From: Podarcis cretensis
Lineage: Eukaryota
Direction: 5' to 3'
NCBI GenBank assembly: GCA_951804945.1
Contig: OX638154.1
Location: forward strand, 35,402,001-35,466,000
DNA: 64,000 bases
Each line of letters opens with the position of its first letter. Position 1 is the stretch's first letter. The notes below the pieces were generated by a model. The model did not search any database. It had not been told where the DNA came from and was given only the letters and a program-made list of their open reading frames with translations. The position numbers and the translations under genes were made by a program. Positions 1 to 12,700 of the stretch are shown here, piece by piece.

Positions 1-2731
1 CTATCTGTACTTTTCCTGTTGGGACAGCTCTGTGCTTTATTTGACAAAATGCAGCCATGTGGCTAAAAGAACTATTAAAAGCATTAAAGCATTAACCTCT
101 CATAACCCCATTTTTCACTTTGTACACATCCATAAGTGTTTAATTGAACTGGAGTTAAACACAGAAAACTTGGAGAAGTCAACTTTATACATTCCCTTCA
201 GATTATACAAAGCCAGCACGATAAGAAGCCAAGAGAACTAGAAAGAAGACAGCACCATGTGAAAAGCACTCATCATTTCATTTGCCTCCTTTACCGCTAT
301 GATCAAATTTTAGAAGGACTGCTTGGATTTTAAAGTAATTCTGCATGGACAAATTTAGGGGTTTATGCTGCTTTTTATAACAGATTACAGGGGGGTTTTT
401 CCTGCAAAGGTGCCAGTTAAAGTGTGGATGCTTTTACAAAGAACGTGCTCTGGATGAAAGAATTAAGATGAGTCTCTCAATAGATACTAAGCGACAAACT
501 AGATGTCACTAAACTATGCATGCAATTACATATCTTGTTTTTTCCTTAAATAATTACAGGGGTGGGGGAGACCAATTATTCAACAAAGGAAGACTTATCT
601 CTTTACTCCCCCACCAAGATCAGAATGGATGGGGATGTAAAATGGGGACATTTTTTCCCTTTGGCTTCTAGCCACAAGAATGAACAACCCCCACCCCCCA
701 CGTGCTGCCTTCACAATGATAACTAAGCTCTCCTGCCCTTGTAATTTAGTGCATAGCTGCTTGCTATGTTTAACTACACTTCAAAATTAACATGATGTGA
801 TTCAATAAATGCACATATTACATTTTTGCAGAAGATCCACCTGTCTTTTCTCAAGTTTCCATTGGGCATTAATTTCAGCAGGACATTTTGGGACGTGCAG
901 GGGTTGGAAATTAATCAGTATGACCATCCCAAAACTTCCCAAAAAATAGTATTGAAAGTGGGATTGTGAGTGACCACCCTGCCCCGACAGCAGCATGATC
1001 ACAAATCACCATGAATGCACAATGAAAAGGACGTCTGGACGGGCCTTAAGCATAGGAATGCTGGTGAGCCTTTTAAAAGAAACTGATGAACAGAAGCAAT
1101 GCAAGCTCCTTTCCCCCAGCAATTCCCTGACACTGATAATTTTTCACCCTCTTAATATCTCTATTGACGCTTTGAAGGCAATGTGCTTCTCCTCTCCAGC
1201 ACTGGGGCCCTAGGGTATCAACATTTTAATTGATCACTGTAGGTATGTGTTTAACAGTAGCTTGATATGGAGACATTAGCAGCTGATAATGTTTATTTCC
1301 ATGTCAAGGCCAATTTCTGTGCGGCAAACTGCTGTTAGAAAAGCAGGCAAGGCTGAACCCCCCCCCCCCCCCCCCCGCTCACTTTGCAAACTTTGGAGGA
1401 ACCACAAATAAAAACCCTATGGGGTGTGTGTTAAGCTACAACAAATCCTCTGCATCTCGGCAATTCCTTTGTCAAAAAGGCTACTCCTTTATGTGGGGAC
1501 TGAATATCATGCACTGCATATTTGCCAAGTGTTAATTTAGCAGTACTGTATCAGGACTGGAGGTAGAGGGCTTGGGTTGTGTGAAAGTTACTTTTGCCAC
1601 CTTGTTGCTTTTCTTACAGATGTTACCATGCCAAGACAACAAAGACTTTTGTGCTTGATGAATACAACAAAACCTACATCCCTGATCTTAAGTGAACACA
1701 TTTATTTGCAAATCTTGAGATAAAGGTTTCTTGTCTTCCCAGGTGAGCCTTATACAAGGAGATTCAAATATGTGTACTATGTTTGGTGCAGACACCCAGC
1801 TTACTTTCTGTCTTGTGAAAATACAAAAGGAAAGATTAGGTTCCAATTATGGAGATGTACTTCAATGTAACTGAGTCTGGGGCCCATCAGACATCATGCA
1901 AGAAAGTCAAAAGAAGCACAGAAAATCTACACACTGAACCCAAGCCAGTCGCTACCTCTTAGCCTAACCTACCTCTGGGGGTAGAACCATGTACACCACC
2001 TTGAGCTCCTTGTCAAAAAGGTGTAATAGAAACACAGTAAAAAAAATGCAAGGGGAAAGTCTGTAATGCACTGGAAGAGAGCGAGGATGCGTCTTGATTT
2101 GAACCAGGGCCTTCAGCAGCTAGTCTTTGTTGCCTTCTGTCACCAGAAGGTTCCTTGACAAACCAGGAAGAAATAGCATTATGAGTTAAAGCTTCAGTAC
2201 TGGACTGAATACTATCATCTGGACCCCAACCCCATACCCTAAATCCCTGCCATTCAACACCTTGCCATTGGGAAATGCTGCTGAAAAGACTTAATCTGCT
2301 TTGTCTTTTTGCTATAGAATTTAACCATTGGCCCATCAACCTCTAGCTCTCTGGATCCTGACCTGCCTGTGCAGCAACTGAATATCTATATAATTTTAGC
2401 AGAAACTGCAGAAACCAGAAGATTAAACTTTTCATAGCAGGGCACCAGCAGCAGACAACATGGTGGGGTGAACCTCCCAGTAGGTGAGTCCCTGCTGCTT
2501 GCCAGGGTGAGATGGTGGTGACATTGGTGCATTGCAAAAGCCCCAGTGAGGTCAGCCCTGTGGTCCTGACAGTGCTTTTGCACCACACTGCCCTGCCTGC
2601 TGACTCACCCTTCGCAATAAGCATCAGAGACTTGCTGCTCTATTATATCATGAATATTTTTAAAATACCAAAGCAGCAATGTTATGCAGTGGGAGAAACG
2701 AAAGTATGTATTGTGTGTGAGTTATTGCGCA

Positions 2732-2762
<31 letters not shown>

Positions 2763-5700
2763 TTACACATCAGGAATTCATAACCTATAATGGATTTTAA
2801 AAGTAAGGTGTGAAAAACCATACTTTTAGCTTTAGTAGCTGGGATTTAACTGGTACCCTTATACTCACAGAAGGGATCCAGTGGAGGCATCTGCTTACGG
2901 AAGAGTGGGGGATTTTTGCCTTTTTATCCTTCCATGTGTAACTCTCTGTGACACCACTGGTTCTGGAAGGCCCCTTAACTCTCAGGAGTTGATTGTCAGG
3001 GGGCTGTTAGTGCAGGGGTAGGGAACCTATGGCCCTTGAAACATTGGACTCCCAACTCCCATTAGCCCCAACCAGTATGAGAAGTGGTCAGGGATGATGG
3101 GAGTTGGAGCCCAAGAACATCTGCATGGCCTGGAAGGCCACAGGTTCCTCTTATGTTAGCAGATGCCTTTTCTGCATCGTAAGCCATTTCATGAATGCAA
3201 GGGCAGCACTTAGACTCAGTTCCCTTAAATCAGAGAAAAACATCACAATACTCAATATAATGAAGGTGTGTTGTACACTTTCTTGGAAAAACAGCCTGAA
3301 GATCCTAATTGCAGAAAGTTGGAGCAAGCATTGAATAAAGGTTTTTCAGCAATACTGTTTTTAAAGGCCAATAGGTCTGAGCCATTACAAAAATGTCCCA
3401 TTGAACAAAGTTAAATGAAGAATCAAGGACACCAGCTATCACTAAGAGTACCTTCTCTTAGCAAATAAGTAACAAAGATTCCAGTTTCCGTAACAGAATG
3501 TCTGGTTTTTGGTGTGTTTTTTTTAGAAAACATGAATAGAGGCTGTTTACTGTGAAAAGGAGCAAACAAGAATATTAGATAAGATGACATATTGACAAAT
3601 CTCAGCCTGGAATTCATTAAACACTTTTAAAGGCAGTATTTAAATAGATAACCAGGGCCTGTCAGGTCAAGGATAGGAATCCATGTGCCATGCAAATATA
3701 TGAGTCCAACTATTTACAGTATAGCAAGAAAATGAGGCACAGTCCTTTGAGAACTAGGGCAGGAATGAATAGGCTCAGGGTTCTTTCAGCAAGCTTGGGT
3801 GTGTTGCAATGGTCAACATAACTATGACTAAAGAAAGCAGACCATATATCTATCTGGTTCAATACAGTTGACACTGACTGGCAGCAGCTCTCCAGGGTTT
3901 CATGCAGGGGTCCCTCTATATACCTGGGATTGAACCTGGAACTTTTTGTGTGTAAAGCAAGCATTCTGCCACTGAGCTAAGCTCTTTCCTAGTTGCAATT
4001 CCAGGTTGCACAACTGTTCAACCAGTTCCTGATTTTCACATCACAACTAACCTTCCTTGACTTACCTCCCCTTCTTAACACAAAACTGCTCCAAAACAAG
4101 TTTTGAGGATAAGAAGCAAACAACCCACAGCCAATAAGATATGTTTTTATTCTAATCTTCAAGGTAACAAACTCTGCAGTGAATTCCTTTAGTGGGCCTG
4201 GGGTGGGAAGCTCCTGAAATTGTTTTCTGAGAAACATCTGATTGTTTAGGAAATACATTTTTTGACCCTGGAAAGTCATTCAGAAAACACAAAATATTTG
4301 TACACAGTCTCTTAACAGTGGACAGATTTCTGCGTCCTCTTCTTGCCATATCAGTCCTTAGATGCAACTGCAAATGACAACACTGCACAGTGGGATTTGT
4401 TTATAAAAGCCTTTGTTTACAGAAATCCTTAATTTGCCAAATTCTAGTTTCTTGGCATGGTAGTGGTTTAAACGCAACATTCCTTATATCATTTTTCTCT
4501 CTACTTCCATGAGTAGGCCACACTAATATAAATACGGGGGGGGGGGGGCACACAAACATCCATGTTAGACAGAAGGAACATAAGCAATACTGCCAACGTT
4601 TGCTAGAGCAGTCTCATCACCACCACTGCTCCAGATGTTACAGAAATTAGCATGAGGCTTAAGTTGAATTCTGTATATACTTGTCAGGCCACTGAATTCA
4701 ATAGGACTTATTTCTGAGTAGACATGGCTAGGATTGCATTGTCAAACAGTTTTTAATTTAACTATTTGCACCATATCAATCCTGCATTTCCTTTCCCTAC
4801 AATAGATCCCTTTATGAACCTTAGGTAGAAAATGAAAATCTCTTTTCAAGTGACAGCAAGGTGAGGGCATACAACTTCAATTACTGTAGTGAGCAAGCAC
4901 TCATAACAAAGAGAAATAACAATTAAAAGTTCCACCCAGCCTTCTCTTCCTGTTCTGATTACAATCTTCCATGTGCAGGACAAAAGTAGTGGAAGTAGAA
5001 TTCAGTTGTAAACATGTAAATAACACATCCTCTTGGCAACATGACCACTGCCTATAAAAGCTAATTTGCTCTGTCCTTGTTTTTTGGGACTGAATTCTGG
5101 GTTGTTGTTTTAAAGAAAACATTAGGGCTAGGAAGATAGACCAACAGGAGAAGTTAAAAGCAAGGATTCCATGTGTCAATCCAATTGATTTTTTTAAAAA
5201 TTTTATTTTTTTTGTAAATACAGGTTTGCTAGAATCAGACTTTGGGAAATTCGGTACTACTGTCTCCTCAAATCAAGTAATAATTATTTAAAGATTTTTT
5301 TACAATGCACTTTAAAAAAGGATCTTGGAACAACTTACAGATAATAAGTACTATAGTTACTGCTCTCAGGTTTGCCAAGTTAAAAGACAAGATCAAAATG
5401 CAAAAAAAAAAAAACAACAAAAAAACCCCCAACATATTAGGGTAACACCTTCAGGCAACCAAAATAATGTGCAAGCTTTCAAGTTCTTTTATCAGGCTAG
5501 GTTAAGATGGGGAATCTTTTCAGCCAGACAGCTCTAGTCTCCCAGACATTCTCCAGAGAGCCATGCACCAGTGGTAAGCAGCCCTAGCAGCAGAAGTGGG
5601 CAGAACATCAAATGTAAATTTTGCCATTGTACCATAGGCTGGTTTCTACACACCCTCCCTCTTGTCCATCCAGACAAGCAAGAGAAATTCCAATCAAGCA

Positions 5701-6299
5701 AAAAATACTTGGGAGTTTGAAGCAGGACCTGGATGGTAAACAGAGTAATGGGGGAGGGAGTTGGGTGACAGGGACACCATGGAATCAGCATTGGGGCACG
5801 CAAGGATAAGGAAATGAGGAGGGTGGAGGAAAACAGAAAGCTTGGGCACTTGCTACAATTCTTATAAGGACTTGCTGGAATGAAAACGGGCAGTCAATGC
5901 AATGACTGTCACTAGATGGCAGTTAAAGGGAGGGCCAAAAAAAAAAAAGGTAGCCTCTCAGCAGAGTTGATGGGAACGGTCCTTCTTTTCTCTACTTCTG
6001 CTCCGCAGTTTGAAGGACTCCAGCCGGCAGAATTTAAAGCAACATTTCACGCTGCAGATTTGTAAACGGACAGCTAGAAGGAAGGCAGGCAGGTGGGATA
6101 GATGCGCACATGGCTGGGTAATGGCTTGCTAAAACAAATGGAATTGGAAAGCGCTGCATATTGAATTGATTTTAAAGAGCAGAACAAGCCTACGCGTGCC
6201 TACTCAAAAGTCAATCCATTGACTCCAATGCGGTCTCCCCTACCTCTTACAGCGCAATCCCTATACAGAACATGTCTACTCATAAGCAAGTCCTACATG

Positions 6300-7030
6300 G
6301 CAAGTAGATACAGGACTGCGACCGATGCCTGCGCCAGAACTTGACACGGAGCTTTCAAGTTACGAGGCTGCGCCTGACAACTGATCTCGAGCCTTTGGCT
6401 CCTGCTAGCGGAACCGCCGGGCTCCTTACGAGGCTGCAGGCCGCAGAGATGCTGCAGGCGCAGCCTTCCCCGGTCGCTGCTCCGCCAAAGGAACAGGAAG
6501 GCTCCACCTGTTGGATTTCCACAACCCAAAAGGGAGCCTCGGCGAGGCGCCTGCAACCGGAAACCGGAAGCTTCTCCGGAGAGCTAGGAATTTCCCTCGA
6601 CTCGGAGAGGAAGGAAACTTCATACCGGAAGCGGCGGCGGCGGCGGCGGCCGGAGCGCGGAGCCTGTGACCTCTGCGCCCCCTAGTGTGCCTCGGAGCCG
6701 GGACCCTCTTCGCTGACGGCCGGAGGGAGGGAAGCCGGAGCGGGAGGCGCGGCCGGAGGGGGTAAGTAGGAGGGCGCGGACCGGGGGTCGCCTTCTGGGA
6801 AGGGCGAGGGGCTGCTTCGGGGTCGCCCGGGACTGGGAACGGCCGCAATGCTATGTTGCCTCCTTTCTCCCATTCACTCCATGTCGGACGCGGAAGGTGC
6901 TGCCTCCCTGGGAGGCCAGTGAAACCGGACCCTGCTTGGCTGCCCTTCCTAGGGCACAGACCTCCCTAGAACACACAGAGTGGAGCTGGGGGCAACCATG
7001 TCGTGTGGCCCAGCCTCCTCTAGTGCTTTC
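6300..7030 (+). promoter_or_regulatory. SIKE1: SIKE1 CpG-island promoter with probable non-coding exon 1 (donor GTAAGT at 6762)
   Basis: CpG-rich; several CCGGAA(G) ETS/GABP motifs at ~6557-6631; (GGC)n run; strong donor GG|GTAAGT. Boundaries approximate. Confidence 0.8.
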
Positions 7031-7069
7031 GTACGAAGACACCTCCGCCCTCCCCAAAAACACCCCACC

Positions 7070-7258
7070 GTAATATTTATTTATTACATTTATGTGGTGT
7101 ACCTGGTTCTCCTCTTCTCTGCTTCATCCTCTCCACAACCCTGTGAGGCTAAACGATGGGGACTGGCCCAAGGTCATCCAGTGAGCTTCATGGCTGAGGG
7201 GGGATTCGAACCCTGATCTCCCAGGTCCTGGTCCAACACTCTTAACCGTTACACCACA
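7070..7258 (-). mobile_element. tRNA-derived squamate SINE (Squam3-like)
   Basis: Reverse strand reads GTGGTGTAACGGTTAAGAGTGTTGGACC...GGTTCGAATCC (Pol III A and B boxes); related copies at ~11915-12144 (-) and ~61797-61975 (+). Confidence 0.65.
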
Positions 7259-7343
7259 TATTTCAAAGCCTCACATACTCTGAGCCTGGCTTTGATAGCT
7301 CTTGAATCTTAACCCGATCCATTCTCCTTTCAGTTCTCTGACA

Positions 7344-7502
7344 ATGGCCTGTACTATAGAGAAGATCCTGACGGATGCAAGGACCCTGCTGGAAAGGCTG
7401 AAAGACCACGACAATGCAGCTGAGTCTCTCATTGACCAGTCTACCATGTTGCACAAGCGGGTTGTGTCCATGAAGGAGGCTGGCACGCCTCTTTCGCACA
7501 AA
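7344..7502 (+). CDS. SIKE1: SIKE1 coding exon 1
   Basis: Acceptor ctttcag ends 7333, ATG at 7344, [13 protein letters not shown]...GTPLSHK, donor GTGAGT at 7503. Confidence 0.95.
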
Positions 7503-7977
7503 GTGAGTACGGACCCAGCAGTGTCAGCGTGAAAACATGGGTCGGGGTGAGTGGAATGTTGTATGGATATTATTAGACTGCTCTGGGTTCACATGGACCA
7601 TCTTTCCTTTACAAGTATCAAGAGGACGGAGCTGAGCTGAAGGACATGTCTAAATACAAACCTCATATTCTGCTATCTCAGGAGAACACTCAGATCAGAG
7701 ACTTGCAGCAGGAAAACAGAGGTGAGCATTGTGTTAGCGAGGTAACTATGAGCCCTCAAGTGACTTGTTTGGCTGCAAGGGTTAACCAGAACATAATGCA
7801 AGCCTGCACCACTGATGGTTGTCTTGAACTGAAGGATGTAAAGAGCATCCATGCCTGTGTGGTCTAGTCACAGCTCTAAACAGGATTAGTCCTTGGATAT
7901 GGTTGCTCATTTCACAAGCACCCTAATCCTAAGCATACATACTTTAAGTTCTATTGATTTCTGTGGGTCTAATGTCT

Positions 7978-8013
<36 letters not shown>

Positions 8014-9702
8014 TTATTATTTATATCCCGCCCATCTGGCTGGGCCTTCCCAGCCACTCTGGGCGGCTTCCATAAAAACCAAAAATACAGTAAAATCACA
8101 CGTTAAAAACTTCCCTGAACAGGGCTGCCTTAAGATATCTTCTGAATGTCAGGTAGTTGTTTATCGCTTTGACATCTGCTGGAAGGGCGTTCCACAGGGT
8201 GGGCGCCACTACCGAGAAGGCCCTCTGCCTGGTTCCCTGTAGCTTTGCTTCTCGCAATTAGGGAACCGCCAGAAGGCCTAAGTGTGACTACTGATCTACC
8301 GTAATTCCTTCATACTAAGTGGTGTGTGGCACCTGATGAGTGCCACATTTTGTGCTGTAGCACAAAAATATATCTGGATACTGCCCAAATATTCTTCTCA
8401 GTACCAGTTCCTTATTCAATTGCATTCTTGGTGAAAGCTGTCTTTAAAGCTTGATAATAAAATTCTATTTCTATGGCATGCACACATTTCACCTACAGTC
8501 CTTTTTTAAAAACTGGCACCCATTTCCATTCTTTAACCTGATCACTTTCCCCACTGCCTCCAAAATACAGTCTGAACCTGAATAGCATGGCAGTATTGAT
8601 GTTTATGATCTATTACTGTACCTTAAACTTCATGAACTGATGAGTTTTTCTTTTAAAACTTTGGAAAACTTCAGGGTACTGGGGCCAGTAAAAGTTTCAA
8701 TATATTCTAATTGATGGTTTCTGCCAATTGTAACTAATCTAAAAATTTAAGTTGTGCATGTTTGGGCTGAATTAACACCTAATTCAGTTCAGTACACAAA
8801 GACTGCAGTTTACAGCCTTTGTGTGCTGGCCATTAATGTATGTCAGATGGATCGGCTCTTGAGAGCATGATAGCGACAGGAGGATTTCCCAAGACTGCCA
8901 TCCTGAACAGACACATCTTGAACAAAATGGGGCTTATATCCAAGTAGATGTGCACAGTATTGGTCTGGAAACAAAACTGAATAAGTGCTGCACATATATC
9001 CAGAGTTTGAATCAATAGGTGAAGTACTGTACAGTTAAGGAAGGCCAGACCCATAAGGAATTTCTTGAAATTTCAGAAAATTTAATTCTTATTATAAGAG
9101 TAAGAAATCATGTTCATAAGGCACCAGTGGGCTAAGAAAACGTAAGGATTTGAAAATTATTGTATGTATAGAAGATGGAGAGGTAGGATGCACAGGGAAG
9201 TTATACAGCCTTAATGTGACCTTACAATATGGAGTTTCTTCCTTGTATTTGCATGGAATTTGTGTTATATTTTTCAGAACTGTGGGTTTCTTTGGAAGAA
9301 CACCAGGATGCTTTGGAACTTATTATGAGCAAATATAGGAAACACATGTTACAGCTGATGATGAAAAGAAAAGATGTGGATGCTCAGCCAATTTTGAAAG
9401 TGCATCAAGCTCAGTCTGCAGTAAGGAATTATTATATTCCTTCCTTTCTATTATCTTCTTTCTGGAATAAAAAGAATAAGTTTTCAATAGCAATAAAGAT
9501 GAGTGGCTTAGTTGTTGTGCTCTGTTCCAGTGATGTTTTTTTCTTGCCTTTTTTTACATTTTCCTCAAGAGTTTGTTCTCTGAAACATCTTCCTTCCATT
9601 AGTGCTCACAGGTCACAAGTGCCTTCCCTTTGTAAAATAAAGTGTTGCAACTCATCCACAAGGTATCTTCCTTAGAATTCTTATAAAGAAAATTACCTGA
9701 TA

Positions 9703-9734
<32 letters not shown>

Positions 9735-12700
9735 ACACACACACACACACACACACACACAATATAATTGCAGTTCTTTGTGACTTCAGTATTGTAAAAT
9801 GCCATGAGATACCTTTAATTTGTTTTTGTACTGCTTGCAAAAATACATACCAGTTATAAGATCCAAGAGATTCTCACCACCACCACTACCTTAAAGCAGC
9901 CAGTATGTTGTAATTAATTCTGTCAGATTGCAACCTGAAGATCTGATCTTCCCTCTTAAACCTTCTGGGATAGCAGGAGAACATGCAGTTCCAGTACCTC
10001 CTGCCACATTCTGTAACAATCCCTCTCCTCTATTTGTGACAGCAAATGAGACTTTGGTTTTACCACACCGCCAGTTAAGGGAACTAACATGGGAATATGA
10101 CAGAAGGCACAGTAGAGCAAAGTTCAGGAAGAAGCTCAGTTGTACAATATGGCAGCACTAGGTTCAGTGAGGGAAGGATGAAGATATGACTCTTTGGTTC
10201 TGTGTTCATTGACTTTTCTTTGGAAATATCTGATTTAACTTGTTTTTCTTTTTAATAGTTTATAATTTTGCTTTCAAATCTGCTTACAGGAAATTGAGGG
10301 TCAAATCGACAGGATCTGTGAGATGGGAGACGTAATAAGAAAAGCTGTTCATGTGGACAATGACCAGTATTATAAAATACAAGAAAAGCTAGCACAGTTA
10401 GAGGTAAGATGCTGAACAGCTGTAGTTGGGGATAGAAAACAGGGATGCTTGTGCCTTGTCAAAGGGTTCTTTCAGCCTCCAAGCCTAAACTAGAGTTGAT
10501 TGCTGCTTTGTTAAAAGCCAATGCCTGCCTTGAAGTCCTCCTGCTGTAGTCCTGGTACAGCTGATGAGATAGGAAAGCTGGCAGCTGAGCATCATGAAAG
10601 TAGAATCGGCACTTGCAGAATGCTGCTCCGTATCAAAGCCCTTAAAACTGCAAGTTAAGAGGCCGTAACTCTTTGAGTCAGGCTTGAATTACTGAAAATT
10701 CTGTTGCTTCACTCTGATATGGGACACATGAATTTACTGGAGGGAAAAGGGTAACACTGCATAGTATGAAAATACGGTTTCAAGTTGGCAATTAAGCAGG
10801 TTAATTGGGGGATACAGCATTCAGTAGAACCTTACGACTAGGTACAGCAAGGAGCAACATGCAACCACTGAAGCTTTCTCACATGATTAAGAAACAGCAG
10901 TTGAGGTGGATAATCAGAATCTTAGCTTATCCCTCCCCTTTGAAAGTCAGGTAGGAAGCCATGTTGGTCTGACACAGTATGTATGTATGTCCAGTAGCAC
11001 CTTAGAGACCAACTAAGTTTCTTCTTGGTATGAGCTTTCATATCTGAAGAAGCTGAAGAAGTGTGCATGCACACGAAAGCTCATACCAAGAACAAACTTA
11101 GTTGGTCTCTAAGGTGCTACTGGACAATTTTTATTAATATTTTTATATATTTCTGCTTTGAAAGTCAGTTGCAGAGGGAGCCTGTGAAAGTAGAATGGCA
11201 CTGTCTGTAAACACCGAAAAGCAAATAAAATGAAACTTATGGTTCATTTTATTTTCCTTTCAATTCCCTCCTTAAGGAACTGCCATGACTCCAAGCTCCT
11301 CAGGCAAGTGCCAATAGTGGTAATGTTTCAGCACCTCCAAAAATTATTACTATTTTATGCACTGCTTTTTACATGAGTCCGAAGGCAGTTTACAGACATA
11401 CAATAAAAAACAGCTAAAATAGTTTTTAAAGCTGAACAAAAACAACTAAAGATAGGTTTAAAAATAATGCAAAATAAACCTCTAAAACAGAAACCTTTTC
11501 ATCCAGCTGGAAAAGCTTGTTCAAACAAAACTATCCTCAGTTTCTAGAAAGTACAAATAATGGGTGCCTGTTATACCTCAATAGGGATGTTATTCCACAA
11601 AACAGGATTCAAACTTAGTTTATTAACCCTCATCCAGCCCATCACTGCACCCAGACTGTGGTCTGGGACCTACACAACCACTCCCAGTTCAGATGTTACA
11701 GAGAAATGGAGCTTGGTATCACCACAGTACTGATGACACCTCACTACAGTTTATTGTGGGAGGAGCGGGGTACTTTTCCATTGGCAAGGAGGAGTGTTGC
11801 CAGATGGCCCTAGGGTCACCTAGTCAGGTGGAGAGCTGCCACCAGTGGTTCTTCTGCCTAGATAGTCAACAGAAAGTTCTGAAACAGGATGTTTTTGTTT
11901 GGCGGAGGAGGAGTTTGGATTTGATATCCTGCTTTATCACTACCTGAAGGAGTCTCAAAGCGGCTAACATTCTCCTTTCCCTTCCTCCCCAACAACAAAC
12001 ACTCTGTGAGGTAAGTGAGGCTGAGAGACTTCAGAGAAGTGTGACTAGCCCAAGGTCACCCAGCAGCTGCATGTGGAGGAGCGGGGAAGCGAACTCGGTT
12101 CATCAGATTACGAGTCCACCGCTCTTAACCACTGCACCACACTGGGGTATCTGTGGCTTTCGATGTGCTGGACCAAAGCCCCATGAATCCCCCAAGGGGT
12201 CTAAATTCAACTGCCCCATTCCAGGGCTTCAGATGATCCATAGTGGGTTCACCGCTCCCCTCCACCCCACAGCACCCCAGATCATTTGGATTTCTCTGCA
12301 TTTATGTGTAGGAAACTTGAGCAAAGCCTCTGTTTTTTAAAAAGACCAAACCAGGATCAATTACTGCAGCCACTCCAAATGGTTGCTAGATATGTTTTTT
12401 TCTAGCTGCCTTTAAGGGAATCTTAAATACGAAGTTACAGCATTGTTGTGAAATACTATCTCACCAAACCAGCAATATGAGGATAATAACACTGGATAGC
12501 TTTTGTATTGGCACCATTTTAGTGTATTTTTTAAAACTTCATTCTCCAGACAAGTTGGCCTTGGTTTGAAGAAGCATGCTGCTGCTAAATTAGTACAACA
12601 ATTTAAGTCCTGGATTTCTCTGTGAGCAGTTGTCCCTGTTTGTCACTCTTAATGAGAGATAATCATGGCAACCAAACCAGGAAACCAATCTCCAAACAAA

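Noticed and set aside
1620-1695. Exon-like segment after ttttcttacag reading CYHAKTTKTFVLDEYNKTYIPDLK*
   Set aside because: Peptide not recognised, no supporting neighbouring exons or poly(A) signal identified; may be chance
1-5800. Expected neighbouring gene (NR1H5/FXR-beta lies next to SIKE1 in other amniotes)
   Set aside because: No nuclear-receptor zinc-finger or ligand-binding-domain peptide was recognised in the ORF track or the stretches I translated; tBLASTn would be needed
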